The notes beneath the pieces are model-generated. The model was not told the DNA's origin and searched no databases. It saw only the letters and a program-made list of their open reading frames with translations. Source: Schizosaccharomyces osmophilus (Eukaryota). Taken from it: a stretch of 64,000 nt of DNA. Both the position numbers and the translations under genes were made by a program. Below, piece after piece: positions 1 to 10,907 of this stretch; position 1 is the first letter of the stretch; each line of letters starts with the position of its first letter. The stretch spans positions 2,976,001 to 3,040,000 of the forward strand of contig NC_079238.1 in the NCBI RefSeq assembly GCF_027921745.1. Reading direction: 5' to 3'.

Positions 1-1933
1 TAGAATCGTAAACATGTATGCTTGTAGGGCATATCTGTACCATTCTCATTCCCGACATCAACGAGCCTACATCTACTGTTCTCGACTGTTTGTTAAAATC
101 TGAATTCTCGACCTCGTCAAACGTTTCACCTGCAGAAAACATAAAAGATTCATCATTTTTCGATAACACCAAATAGGCATCTGGCTCCAAATTCATGTAC
201 GACGTTTGTACTCTTCGACGAGAACGTCTTTGTCTCCCAGTAAGGCTCACGGACCATAAAGCTTCACACCCCTGAAAACCAAATTCGCCAGCAACAAGAG
301 GAAAAATACTTCTACGAAAAACAACAAGCCCACCGGCGCCACCGGCTCCACTAGCTCCCACTAGTTCAAGCGGCCCATGATTATCTTGTGGATAGTATGC
401 CAGAGACCCAGCTTTACCAATAGCGAAGTCTGTTATAGGCCCAATGTTCAACAAAACATCGAAAATACTCATTCGCAAAGGTCCATTTTCAAAAGCAATT
501 TTACCAGCAGTATCGTTACGATCATTGGTTTCATAAATATCGAGCATTTCCTCCATTTCGGCGTCATTAGTAGAGTAAAACTCATCATTCTCATTATCTT
601 CCGTATTTTTTGATATGTTTGAGTGACGATTCCAATGAACCAAATAGCTATCCGTCACCTGGCTTCCTAAAAATATCATGTTCTCTTCGATTGGTAAAGC
701 TGTAGTCACACCGGCTCTCAAAAAGTCTTCGTTTATATCCAAATCTAGGTTTTGTAGAGAGAGTCCTTTTACCGTTTTTCCATCCAAAATGAAATCAAGG
801 TAGAGAAATTGGCCAGAAGTCAGAATTAATAGTACAAACGGATTTCCAATCTTTGAATTAACTAGTGGTACTGCAATAGTGCCCTCTAGCTCTATATTAA
901 AATTTGATCGATCTTGAAGAGGAAAATTTGTACACTTAGGATAAAACGTATTGACGCCTATACCAACAGTGCGTCCGGCTGAGTCAACATAAATTAGTTC
1001 ATTACCGCCAACTAACAATGATCCGCCAAGCGGCATTGGTATTGGGACTAATTGGAAAATATCATACGGAAGATTTTGTATCGTGGTGATCACAGCACTA
1101 GCACGCTGATCCAAATCTAAAGTAACGAGAGAAAAGCAGACATTGTCTTTCAGGATAGGAAGGGTTACTGTAGTTGTTTGCTGAGGACTGTACAAGATAG
1201 CCAAAGTTGGCTCTCTATAGCCATACAAAAATTTAACATCTAGTATCCGTGCGATTGTAGACTCTAACTGAGAGGAGTCTAAAACAAAAGAAGGTTTATA
1301 AGGAGTGATGGAATTCCAGATATTTTTAGCGTCATCTACAGTGGCTTCCTCCATTTCAAGATCTTCAAGCTTGGGGAAAGGAATAATCGCCATCATATCA
1401 GTGTGAAACCTCAGCAAACAGCAATTAGAATCTGGATCAACAATTAACTGAGTAGGAGTTCGATTAATAGACGGCATTGTCGGTTTAACTGCTTCATAAT
1501 AATGAAGACTAGTTGTTACTAGGCTTTGAGTTTTCATATCCCACTCTAAAATGGATATTTTAGCATAATCCGACAACATAACTAGTAAATCACATCCCTT
1601 ATTTCCTTTTCCTTTTAAAATAGAAAGAGCAGTTATTGTTCCAAATACCTGAAATTGGCTCACGAGACGTAAAACATAACTAGTGTGTTCGTGAGTACGA
1701 ATCAAATGCATATTCGTCTCCATAAAGGCTTGACTATCATCAATCAAGTTATTTGAGTAATCATTCTGTGAAAAAGCTTCAGATTCATCTTTTTGAACTT
1801 TCTCGATTTCAAAAACATAAAGAGAGTCTACTCTGCCAACAATCAAATTACTAGTAGAAAGTGAAGATAATTTTCCTTGAACAGCATTTTTAACGGCTGT
1901 TGAATCCGTCAAACTTTGAAATATAGTTGACAT
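1..1933 (-). CDS. cft1: Cleavage and polyadenylation factor subunit Cft1 (CPSF160), 5' portion; runs off the window
   Basis: ATG at 1933 begins MSTIFQSLTDSTAVKNAVQGKLSSLSTSNLIVGRVDSLYVF. Later CPSF160-like motifs include AKISILEWD, SLHYYE, LIVDPDSNCCLLRF, DVKFLYGYREPTLAIL and LPYDIFQLVPIPMPLGGSLLVGGN. Absent from the ORF track, presumably because the stop lies outside the window. Confidence 0.93.
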   Translation of the reverse strand, partial: MSTIFQSLTDSTAVKNAVQGKLSSLSTSNLIVGRVDSLYVFEIEKVQKDESEAFSQNDYSNNLIDDSQAFMETNMHLIRTHEHTSYVLRLVSQFQVFGTITALSILKGKGNKGCDLLVMLSDYAKISILEWDMKTQSLVTTSLHYYEAVKPTMPSINRTPTQLIVDPDSNCCLLRFHTDMMAIIPFPKLEDLEMEEATVDDAKNIWNSITPYKPSFVLDSSQLESTIARILDVKFLYGYREPTLAILYSPQQTTTVTLPILKDNVCFSLVTLDLDQRASAVITTIQNLPYDIFQLVPIPMPLGGSLLVGGNELIYVDSAGRTVGIGVNTFYPKCTNFPLQDRSNFNIELEGTIAVPLVNSKIGNPFVLLILTSGQFLYLDFILDGKTVKGLSLQNLDLDINEDFLRAGVTTALPIEENMIFLGSQVTDSYLVHWNRHSNISKNTEDNENDEFYSTNDAEMEEMLDIYETNDRNDTAGKIAFENGPLRMSIFDVLLNIGPITDFAIGKAGSLAYYPQDNHGPLELVGASGAGGAGGLVVFRRSIFPLVAGEFGFQGCEALWSVSLTGRQRRSRRRVQTSYMNLEPDAYLVLSKNDESFMFSAGETFDEVENSDFNKQSRTVDVGSLMSGMRMVQICPTSIHVYDS

Positions 1934-2065
1934 AAAGCCGAAAACATATATGTTGTGTTCTAACCAAACGAAGGGGTTGAGAAATAATGGTAGTGGATGT
2001 CAGTCGTGTATGCCTTATAAGGGAAGAACGTTATTTATACTGCTTAAAATGAACAGAGAAATAAT

Positions 2066-2517
2066 TTAAAGTAATGATTTAGTAAATTGAGATCGATTTG
2101 GCCCAATTTCAGCCAAAATATTTGTTGCGTGTAATACTTGAAAACGAACTTGTTCTGGCTCTCGGATATATGATCCAAGGGCTAATAAAACCTTTTCAGA
2201 ATCACTAGTAATGTTAGTTTAAAGGGATACTCAACAAAACGCGTTCCATGTATAACGTACTTGATGTGACACCTAAGATACAGAAGCGACGCGTTCCTGT
2301 GAAGTATGTCCACAGATATGGCAGATCCAAATATTCCAAAAGACTGAGAAAGAGCTAATGTAATGAAATGCCTTAAGGTTAGTTCATCAAATCCAGTCTC
2401 CATCGAAGAATTATGGAGTCTGCATTCGTTAGCATAAAGTCTTGGTACTGAAGGAAAACCTTACACTTTCACTAGTATATAATAATTTTCACTTTTTAAA
2501 CGTTGATGTAAAACCAT
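2066..2517 (-). CDS. pop8: RNase P/MRP subunit Pop8 (Rpp14-like), 3 exons: 2517-2465, 2419-2261, 2204-2066
   Basis: Introns GTAAGG..CTAAC..CAG (2464-2420) and GTACGT..CTAAC..TAG (2260-2205) join in frame to about 117 aa: [18 protein letters not shown]...[27 protein letters not shown]...[12 protein letters not shown]...[13 protein letters not shown]. The [15 protein letters not shown] pattern is Pop5/Pop8/Rpp14-type, and I recall pop8 being in this S. pombe neighbourhood. Confidence 0.8.
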
Positions 2518-2883
2518 GATATATTCCAAAAAACTAAAAATGGGCCAAAATAAAAGTTGAAAAAGGTAGTGAGAAGTCTCAAGCTGTCATTTTGACTGCA
2601 TGGAAAGAACATTTTGAACACATACAAGCTTTGTTTTTCGTTTTTGTAATTAAAGTCATAAAAAAAATAAATAAATTGCACATTAATGAATTTTTGGTAA
2701 GGCGTCCTCACTCTATGAGAACGCCCAGGTTTGTATAAGATTGGTAGAATAATAGTTATTATTACTAAAGCAACTAAAGCAGCATACGAGCGATGATAAT
2801 TAAGTAAAAATTTCAATGAAATCCCAAGTACGCCTCTTCTTCTTTAGTTGATGGATGACATGAACGATCTTAAATCAAGATAT

Positions 2884-3996
2884 TCATGACACATTGAGTT
2901 TATGTTTCCATTCTTTATATAAGTCATGCATATAGGTCATGGATTTTGTTTTATCCGAAGGAAGTACTAATTCAATAGACGTGGGAAGAATTTTTTCCTT
3001 TCCAGACATGGTGGTGGCACTTCCCCATTTTATATTTTCGTCTTCAATGTGAGATTGAGTAGCTATCCAAAGGAAAGCATACGCTGCTGTGTAAGGCGAG
3101 ACGGTATGCCATGGACTTCCCAACAAACGACAAAGCCAAAAACCGAGCTTGGCAAATATTACAATAAAACCTAAAAACGTTTGATACATATTAGTAGTGC
3201 ACAATCCTGGGTGAACAAGGTATTGCTGGTACGGGAGACCGCTTTCGATTTCAGCATAATGCAGAATGTCCAATAAACGCTTCGATGACTGGTAAGGTCT
3301 TTCGCCGTGTAGACATTGTATATCATCAAAGTTGAGAGATTCCTTTTTAGCTACAAGACTTCCAGTTAAAACTACTTTAGTAGAAGATCCCAGAACGGAT
3401 AGTTCACAAAGACGCGTTTTCTAATTTGTTAGCATTCAGCGGTAAACCTGTAATGACAGAAAGATATTCCTTACAAGATAATAATGACCAAATACATTAC
3501 TTTGAAAAATATAGCCCATTGAATCCTCGCTAGTACTTCCCATGGCTTCCTTATAAAAAGTTGGATAAGTAAGCGCCTTTACGGGATTCATGATCGTAGC
3601 GAATATAGCTTGCATCCAATTTATGCCTTGTAGATCCCATGCTCCTGCATTGAGGTAAACGTAGTCTAACTTAGGGTATCGAGCTTTGATTTCTAAAGCG
3701 GCTTCTTCAACCGATTGCATATTTGACAAATCTAGGATAACGTATTCCAGTCTAATTTTTCTTTCAGGAAATAACTCCTTTAACCTTTTGCAAGCATCTT
3801 CAGCTTTTGCACGACTCCTGCATGTCAAGATGATGGTAAACGTTTCTGGCTCATCCTCTATTCTAGGTTTATAAAATTCTAGTAAACGAGCGGCAATTCC
3901 AAAGCCTAGGCCGCTAAGAAAGTATTAGCTAATATGCATTTCAAATTCAATTTACCTATTGGAACCAGTGATTAACGCATATTTTCGAAAGCTCAT
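2884..3996 (-). CDS. erg27: 3-keto-sterol reductase Erg27 (SDR family), exons 3996-3956, 3913-3475, 3420-2884
   Basis: Spliced N-terminus MSFRKYALITGSNSGLGFGIA (Rossmann TGxxxGxG), YLNAG, FQSNVFGHYY and PYQSSKR (YxxxK). Canonical introns. Confidence 0.93.
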
Positions 3997-4360
3997 GCTC
4001 AGGTTGGTTAAAGAAAGAAAGATGAAATCAACCGATTTTTATGCGTTGTCAGATTTTTTGGAAAATGCAAGGAAAATGAGGTTATACTTAGTGACCATAC
4101 TTGTTTATATCGTGAAAATATCCACAAATGGGTTTGAAGAGTAAGATTTGTTTAGAGACCTATTTATGACCTACGAGGCTAAAGTGAAGTAAACAAAAAA
4201 AAATATCATACATAAAAAGAATGCACTGTAACTAAAATAAAATAAAAATCAAATTTCCGTAGACGGAGTAGAGCATCTTCCATAATTTACCTTTGAAATC
4301 TAGTGTCAGGGTACGTACAATAAATAACAACCTCTTCAATCAGAGAAGTAGGGATTATGT

Positions 4361-6043
4361 TTAAGCAGTGACCTCCTTTTTGGTATTAAAGCCTTTTATT
4401 TTTTTGAAAAGGATATCGTAGAAAAAATCAGCCTGGGCGTTCGGAAAATCGTTGGCTCTATTAGATTCTTCTTGTGTATTATATAAGGATTCGAGTTCAG
4501 TTGAAGAAAATTGTAGGATCTGTTTATGGGTACTTAATGCTTCAAAAGATATCGAATGTTCTTCTTTGGAGCAGACGATCAGATTGGACTGGCCAATTTT
4601 AGAGGCTAAATCATCGGTTGAAGCAATCATCAAGTCAATTCCATGACTTTTAAATTTCTCATTGTAGTCAGGATAATCCTCGATTTTTTCGCTGTCTGGT
4701 TTGTAAACAATCAACTTTGTAAATGAAGAAGCGGCTAGCTGTTTCGCGGTAATCTCGTTTGATAGTGCTTTCAAAAGCTTAGAGCTGTTTTCGAAAGCGA
4801 ACATAATTGACTTTTCATGCCCGGGAGCAGATACTATTCCGGACGCATCAGAATGCTTTTGTTCCAAGGCGAAAGCATTTTTTAATTCATCATAGCTCTT
4901 TGCGCATTGCGCAGCTTGTCTGACGTCTTTTCTGAACGCTCCTTGCATAATTTGAGTTAAACAATACTTTGTGTTACCAAAATTGTTTTCAACCTCCAAT
5001 GCCTAAACTTGTTAGACATAATAGTTCAATTAAGAAGAAATAAAGAAAAACTATGTTTTAAACATACCATTTTAAGATAGTCCAAAGCCAAATTACGGTT
5101 GGACAAAGGACCTTCTGAACGGAAACAAGAAACATTCTTTTCCGCAGCTCTAGCAATCAATACACCATCCAACTTGTATTGCTCTATAAGCTTTTTTCCA
5201 TCTTCATAACCAGAGACGTCTCCATTTACAAGAATGGCAACATTATGTTTTTTGCAAAGATCGACGATATCATGCAAATAGCCCCGATTTGCTGGCTCTG
5301 TATTCCGCATGGGAGTTGTACGGCAATGAATCGTGATTGCACGGATTCCAGTTGAACAGAGACGCTCAACTAGTGCTAAGGTTTTCTCTTTAGTCTCCAA
5401 AAGACGGATTTTACAGCTAATTGAAACATTGTGTGGAACTCCCACCTCCTTCACTAAAGCCCGTAAAATTGATATGAGGCGATCTGGTTCTTTTAATAGA
5501 CCCGCACCCATACCAGCATGAACGGAGAAGTGCTTCGGACAACCACAGTTCAAGTCGATGCCAGCAACATCGTCGGCTACAAGTTTTGCAGCTTGTACAG
5601 CTAAATCCGGGGAAGCAGAACCTAGTTGAAAAACCAATCGATTAGCCTCTAAAGGATGTACACGAAAGAGAACTTTGTTTGTAGGAGGCTTAACAAAATC
5701 GATACAATTCACCCGATCTATAGCATTGTTAGTCTCTTTTCATCAAAATAAAATAAAAGAAAGAAGGCAGTGTTAAAACTGCCTGATAGAAAAGACGCAC
5801 TACTTTCGTATGCACATTTGACCAATATAATAAGAGGACCATCAAGTACAGCAGTTTATTTCCAAAGGACTTACCATTTACTATTCTTTGCACCAAGGTC
5901 CCACCTACCAAAGCTTTGTCTACAATTTCTGGTCCCCAAACCAAGTTTGCCCCATAACGAAGAGCTAATAATCTCGTTGGAAGCTCACCAATTCGTACCA
6001 TGGGAGCTAAGCAAATCTTATTACTGTAGTTTAATAGTCCCAT
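4361..6043 (-). CDS. dus2: tRNA dihydrouridine synthase Dus2, exons 6043-5875, 5717-5067, 5002-4361
   Basis: LAPMVRIGELPTR, FQLGSA, GIDLNCGCPKHFSVHAGMGAGLL, SCKIR, IHCRT and NGD motifs of the DUS family. Introns GTAAGT..CTAAC..TAG and GTATGT..CTAAC..TAG. Confidence 0.93.
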
Positions 6044-6341
6044 GTTGTAGCATAGAGCGTTGGAAATGGGATTCAGTGCAACTGTATGTACCAAAGGTTG
6101 TATCTCGAATTGTCAGTAAATAAATTTTCGTTAGTGGCCAATTACCGTGGTCACTACCATTCCTATTCATTACAATAGCAAGCGGATTTCTTTCATATCA
6201 AAAAAATTTCTACTTAATTTTTTTATGTAAAATTATAACCATGTAATAAATATCGTCAGAAGACTAACATACTCTTGTTAGTACCCATGGTGAAATCGAC
6301 AGCCTTCCATATTTCTATATATACTTTACTTATTAACGAAA

Positions 6342-6414
6342 GTCGCGGTGGTGTAGTTGGGAGCATGACAGACTGAAGATCTGTTGGTCACTGGTTCGAT
6401 CCCGGTTCGTGACA
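6342..6414 (+). tRNA. tRNA-Phe(GAA), intronless
   Basis: Cloverleaf with acceptor stem GTCGCGG/TCGTGAC, anticodon stem ACAGA-CTGAAGA-TCTGT and T-arm GGTTCGATCC. Upstream TATATATA (6316-6323) and downstream T-tract. Confidence 0.97.
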
Positions 6415-6418
6415 CCTA

Positions 6419-6454
6419 TTTTTTTCTTTTTTTCTTTTTTTCTTTTTTTTTTTT
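6419..6454 (+). terminator. RNA polymerase III oligo(dT) terminator of tRNA-Phe
   Basis: Long T-runs start 5 nt after the tRNA 3' end. Confidence 0.85.
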
Positions 6455-6820
6455 GACACAATTAGCCGACTAGAGAACAGATCGTCACGCCTACAGCCGT
6501 TTTCGATTTCACAAGGCCACCAGAAAATAATTAAGAATAAATCCCGATGCTAGGCTATCTTTCGGAATGAACTTACTACGTTGTTACGAATCACTTACAT
6601 TTCTACCGAAAATGTCACCCCTTTTGCATAAGTTCATTGCTTTCTTTATTGAAACTGCTAATTACAATAGCTACAATGCCAATAAATTAATTTCAATACT
6701 AAAATAGATCCTGGTAATTATTATATTTTGTTTAACCCTAGACAATATTTATAGCGGTATCAAAATATGTCTTCTAATCAATTCCTCCAAAACTATGACA
6801 TATAAAGCTGCAAAACCTTT

Positions 6821-8662
6821 TTAACGGAGAGAGGCAAAGGCCTTTTGAACGGTACGCTTAAGGCGAAGTTCAGACTTACGGAGAGCATCGGTGTTAGAAT
6901 CTTCAAGTTCCAATTGGGACATGCATTCAGCCAATTGTTGCTCGATCTTAGACTTGTCACCACGCTTCAACTTCATCATAACATTAGGTTCAGAGATGGT
7001 GGTCTCGATGTTAGAAATGTAAGCCTCGAGTTGGCTCTTAGCTTCCAATTTCTTAGCGAAGTCCTTGTCTTGTTGCTTGAACTTGTCGGCGTTCTCAATC
7101 ATTTCTTGAATCTTAGCGGAGGAGAGGTGACCAACGGAGTTGGTGATCTCAATGTGAGCAGTGCGACCAGTGGTCTTCTCAAGAGCAGTAACCTTCAAGA
7201 TACCGTTAACATCCAATTCAAAGGTGGCTTCCAATTCAGCTTGACCACGGGGCATGGGGGGAATGCCGGTAAGTTGGAATTCACCAAGGGCTTCGTTTTC
7301 AGTGCAGTTAACACGTTCACCTTGGTAGACAGGGAAAGTAACAGAGGTTTGGTTGTCACCAACGGTGGTGAAAGTACGCTTCTTGATGGTAGGGATGGCA
7401 GTGTTACGGGGGCAGACAACACCAAAAACGTTACCTTCCATAGCAACACCCAAAGAGAGGGGAACAACATCCAACAAAAGCAAGTCAGCGGTCTTGTCAG
7501 AGTCAGCCTTGTTGGTAAGGACAGCGGCTTGGACAGCAGCACCATAGGCGACGGCCTCATCGGGGTTGATGGACTTGTTAAGAGGACGGCCTTGGAAGAA
7601 GTCGGAAACGAGTCTTTGAACCTTGGGGATACGGGTAGAACCACCAACAAGGACAATATCGTGAACATCACCCTTAGCAACCTTAGAGTCCTTCAAGACC
7701 TTAGCAACGGGGTCGATGGTCTTCTTGAAGGTAGTAGCATTGATGTCCTCGAAACGAGCACGGGTGATGCTAGAAGAGAAGTCAATACCGTTGGAGAGAG
7801 AGTCAACTTCGATAGTGGTTTGAGTGACAGAAGACAAGGCACGCTTAGCACGTTCGCAAGCAGAGCGAAGACGACGGAGAGCACGAGGATCTTCAGAGAT
7901 GTCAATCTTTTGCTTACGCTTGAATTCTTGGATGAAGTGTTCAACCAAAGCAGCGTCAAAGTCTTCACCACCCAAGTGAGTGTCACCAGCAGTAGCCAAA
8001 ACTTCGAAAACACCACCTTGAATCTTCAAGAGGGAGACATCGAAGGTACCACCACCAAGATCGAAGATGAGAACGTTCTTGGCTTCAGCAGTCTTGGCAT
8101 CAAGACCGTAAGCGATGGCGGCAGCGGTAGGTTCGTTGATGATACGGAGGACATTGAGACCAGCAATGGCACCAGCGTCCTTGGTGGCGGCACGTTGAGA
8201 GTCAGAGAAGTAAGCGGGGACGGTAACAACAGCCTTCTCAACACGCTTGTTCAACTTAGCTTCGGAGATCTCTTTCATCTTAGTCAAAACCATAGCGGAG
8301 ACTTCTTGAGCAGTGAATTGCTTCTTTTCACCCAAGTAGTTAACTTCAATGGTAGGGATACCATTGTTGTCAATAACCTTGAAGGGCCAGTGCTTAATGT
8401 CCTTTTGGGTCTCAGGATCTTCGTAACGACGACCGATGAGACGCTTAGCGTCAAAAACGGTGTTACGAGGGTTCATAGCAGCTTGGTTCTTAGCGGCATC
8501 ACCAACCAAGCGTTCAGTTTCGGTGAAAGCAACAAAAGAAGGGGTGGTACGAGCACCTTGGTCGTTGGGGATAATTTCAACATTAGCAGTTTCCCAAACG
8601 GCAACGCAAGAGTAGGTGGTACCCAAGTCGATACCAATAGCACCTTCGTATACTTCACTCAT
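6821..8662 (-). CDS. sks2: Ribosome-associated Hsp70 of the Ssb type, Sks2 (613 aa)
   Basis: [26 protein letters not shown] and DLGGGTFD motifs. Ends [12 protein letters not shown] with no EEVD, as in Ssb proteins. Strongly biased codon use. Probable start at 8662, not 8785. Confidence 0.97.
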   Translation of the reverse strand: MSEVYEGAIGIDLGTTYSCVAVWETANVEIIPNDQGARTTPSFVAFTETERLVGDAAKNQAAMNPRNTVFDAKRLIGRRYEDPETQKDIKHWPFKVIDNNGIPTIEVNYLGEKKQFTAQEVSAMVLTKMKEISEAKLNKRVEKAVVTVPAYFSDSQRAATKDAGAIAGLNVLRIINEPTAAAIAYGLDAKTAEAKNVLIFDLGGGTFDVSLLKIQGGVFEVLATAGDTHLGGEDFDAALVEHFIQEFKRKQKIDISEDPRALRRLRSACERAKRALSSVTQTTIEVDSLSNGIDFSSSITRARFEDINATTFKKTIDPVAKVLKDSKVAKGDVHDIVLVGGSTRIPKVQRLVSDFFQGRPLNKSINPDEAVAYGAAVQAAVLTNKADSDKTADLLLLDVVPLSLGVAMEGNVFGVVCPRNTAIPTIKKRTFTTVGDNQTSVTFPVYQGERVNCTENEALGEFQLTGIPPMPRGQAELEATFELDVNGILKVTALEKTTGRTAHIEITNSVGHLSSAKIQEMIENADKFKQQDKDFAKKLEAKSQLEAYISNIETTISEPNVMMKLKRGDKSKIEQQLAECMSQLELEDSNTDALRKSELRLKRTVQKAFASLR

Positions 8663-8762
8663 TTTCTGGCAACAAAAAGTTAAAACTGACCCTCGATTTT
8701 TTGAGAGAAGTAGGTTATTGTAAAGTTTCACTTGCGGTGAACTTACATTATATGAGAACTCG

Positions 8763-8770
8763 CAGTCACA
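8763..8770 (-). promoter_or_regulatory. Homol D box (CAGTCACA/TGTGACTG) in the sks2 promoter
   Basis: Exact match about 100 bp upstream of the sks2 ATG. Homol D is the fission-yeast ribosomal-protein core promoter element. Confidence 0.7.
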
Positions 8771-9995
8771 CATATCTTTATACAATAAAATTTTCTAGGC
8801 AAGTAGTCACTAATGTACTTCATTGGATTTCGTTATTTTTTGCCCGAGTTCTGTTTTTTTACTTCTGATTTTTTTTTTTTATTTCGTTCTACTCCTTTGG
8901 GCCGTTAAATTTTTCATAATTGTGCCACTAGGGTTCTTTGTCAAATTTGGCTCCTTCTTCTGCCCAATGGCACAGATAACAATCGGCAAAATTCTACCAC
9001 AGTAAATAGTTTTACACATTCCACAACACTAGCATATATATTTCGACGCGATTTTGGGTAGCGATCTTATAGCTATAATATCACATCCGAATACACTGTC
9101 TGTATATAGTGTATAATGTATTTAATTTAAATTCCGTATTTAGACTGGGTTTGGAGGAAAGCGAAAAAAGATTGTTTAGGCGAACTAGCTGTTCATATGT
9201 AGGAAAATCAATTAGAAAACCGAGTTGAAGATGTACTTCCAGAAGACTTTTCATCTTATATAAGAACTGCTTTAATGAATAAAAAGATACTTGTGCAGTT
9301 CGTTTGATAGGGATAGACATGATTTTACATTCTTTTGTTTACAAACAATTAGACACATAAACAAATAATTTAAGAATTAGAATCACTTGCCCGTGGGGAT
9401 GAAACCGATAGCTAGACTTGATTATACAAAGAAAATAAAATAAAGCTATAGAGCCCTGAGCCGAAGACTCTGGAACAAAGGGTTGGACGATACAGTACTG
9501 AAGTAATTGAAAGAAAGAAAATACGTTCCTATCTTAGTGCCTATTCATCAGACTATATAAGAGCAAGAGTTTCAATCAAATGGTTTCTTTCCTTTTATAT
9601 TTTTAGGAATAATGTGAAAGTGCTATTCTAGATTTGTAGAATTCTAGTGCTGGAGATGAGGAATCTGTTCATTTTCGACTTTCTGTCTTCCCATTTACAA
9701 CTATTACTGAAATTTATTACAATTAGTTACTTTTAAAATATAGCATAATTCCGAATTGCTTCCTTCTTCTACCGAAAAGTCTTGGAGGTATCGTATCGTA
9801 CACTTTTCGAATGCAAATCCATCACCGTTTGTACCGCAAGTCATAAACAAAATTTAGCAGACTTTACGTTTGCCATACCCGACATCCTATATACTCCATC
9901 TTAAATTTTCTTTTTCACTTTTGTTCGTTTTCTCTTTGAATTGTTCTTTTGTTGTACATTGGCTGAACGGGTTTCCATTTACCTAGTTACGGACT

Positions 9996-10813
9996 ATGAG
10001 CGTTGAACCTGTAGTGTTTTTTGATGTATGTTAGACCTAACTTCATATCATTTAACGTCTTCTCTTTAGATTGGGATCGGTGGTAATTATACTGGAAGAG
10101 TCAAATTTCGATTGTTTTCAAATACCGTACCCAAGTAAGTTCATTCATGTCTTTCCTTCTCCAGCTAATACTTTTTTATAGAACAGCTGAAAACTTCAGG
10201 TAGGTTCCTGTTGGTTTATAGGGCAATGGACTTGAACTAAAACATAATAGACAATTTTGTACTGGAGAAGCAAAAGGCCCAAATCGAAATCCAATTGGTA
10301 TGATTAATTATTATCCCATTAAACTCCTTAACTAATACTACTTAAGGATATAAAAATGCAAGCTTTCACAGGATAATCCCGGATTTCATGATCCAAGGAG
10401 GCGACTTTGTTAGTGTATGTTCCTTCATCGGGGTTTTCCATATCCTATGTTCAAGGGATTTGGTTCCATCTTTATTTCACTCTTGTTTTATTTATACACC
10501 TCACTAATACGACTATTAGGGTGATGGTACAGGCAGCACTAGCATTTATGGTACCCGTACATTCCCTGATGAGAACTTTGTTTTGAAGCACGATAAACCC
10601 GGTTTGTTAAGTATGGCCAATGCCGGCAAAGACTCTAATGGGTGCCAATTCTTTATTACCACTGTCCCATGCGACTTTTTAGATGGAAAGCACGTTGTTT
10701 TTGGTGAAGTAATTGAAGGATTTGACATTGTGAAGCAAATCGAGTCTACACCGCTTGGTACTAGCTCCCGCCCGAAGATGAATGTAGTTATCATGGAATG
10801 TGGTGAAATGTAA
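9996..10813 (+). CDS. cyp3: Cyclophilin Cyp3 (PPIH-like), 6 exons: 9996-10025, 10070-10134, 10182-10199, 10251-10297, 10347-10414, 10520-10813
   Basis: Spliced product [15 protein letters not shown]...VPKTAENFRQFCTGE...[34 protein letters not shown]...FPDENF...[19 protein letters not shown]...LDGKHVVFG. Confidence 0.92.
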
Positions 10814-10907
10814 TTACTATTTGCAAATTAGCAAGATTATTTAAAACTTCAATGGAAAGCTTCTATCAATTCATTTATACGTATCCTTTTGTTGTTTCGA
10901 ATATTAA

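Noticed and set aside
6043..6414. tRNA gene divergent from the tRNA-modifying gene dus2 as a co-regulated unit
   Set aside because: Different polymerases, and nothing in the sequence supports more than adjacency.
6845..8683. 612-aa ORF antisense to sks2
   Set aside because: It is codon-registered with Hsp70 and has no ATG start. Long antisense frames are a known by-product of biased codon use in Hsp70 genes.
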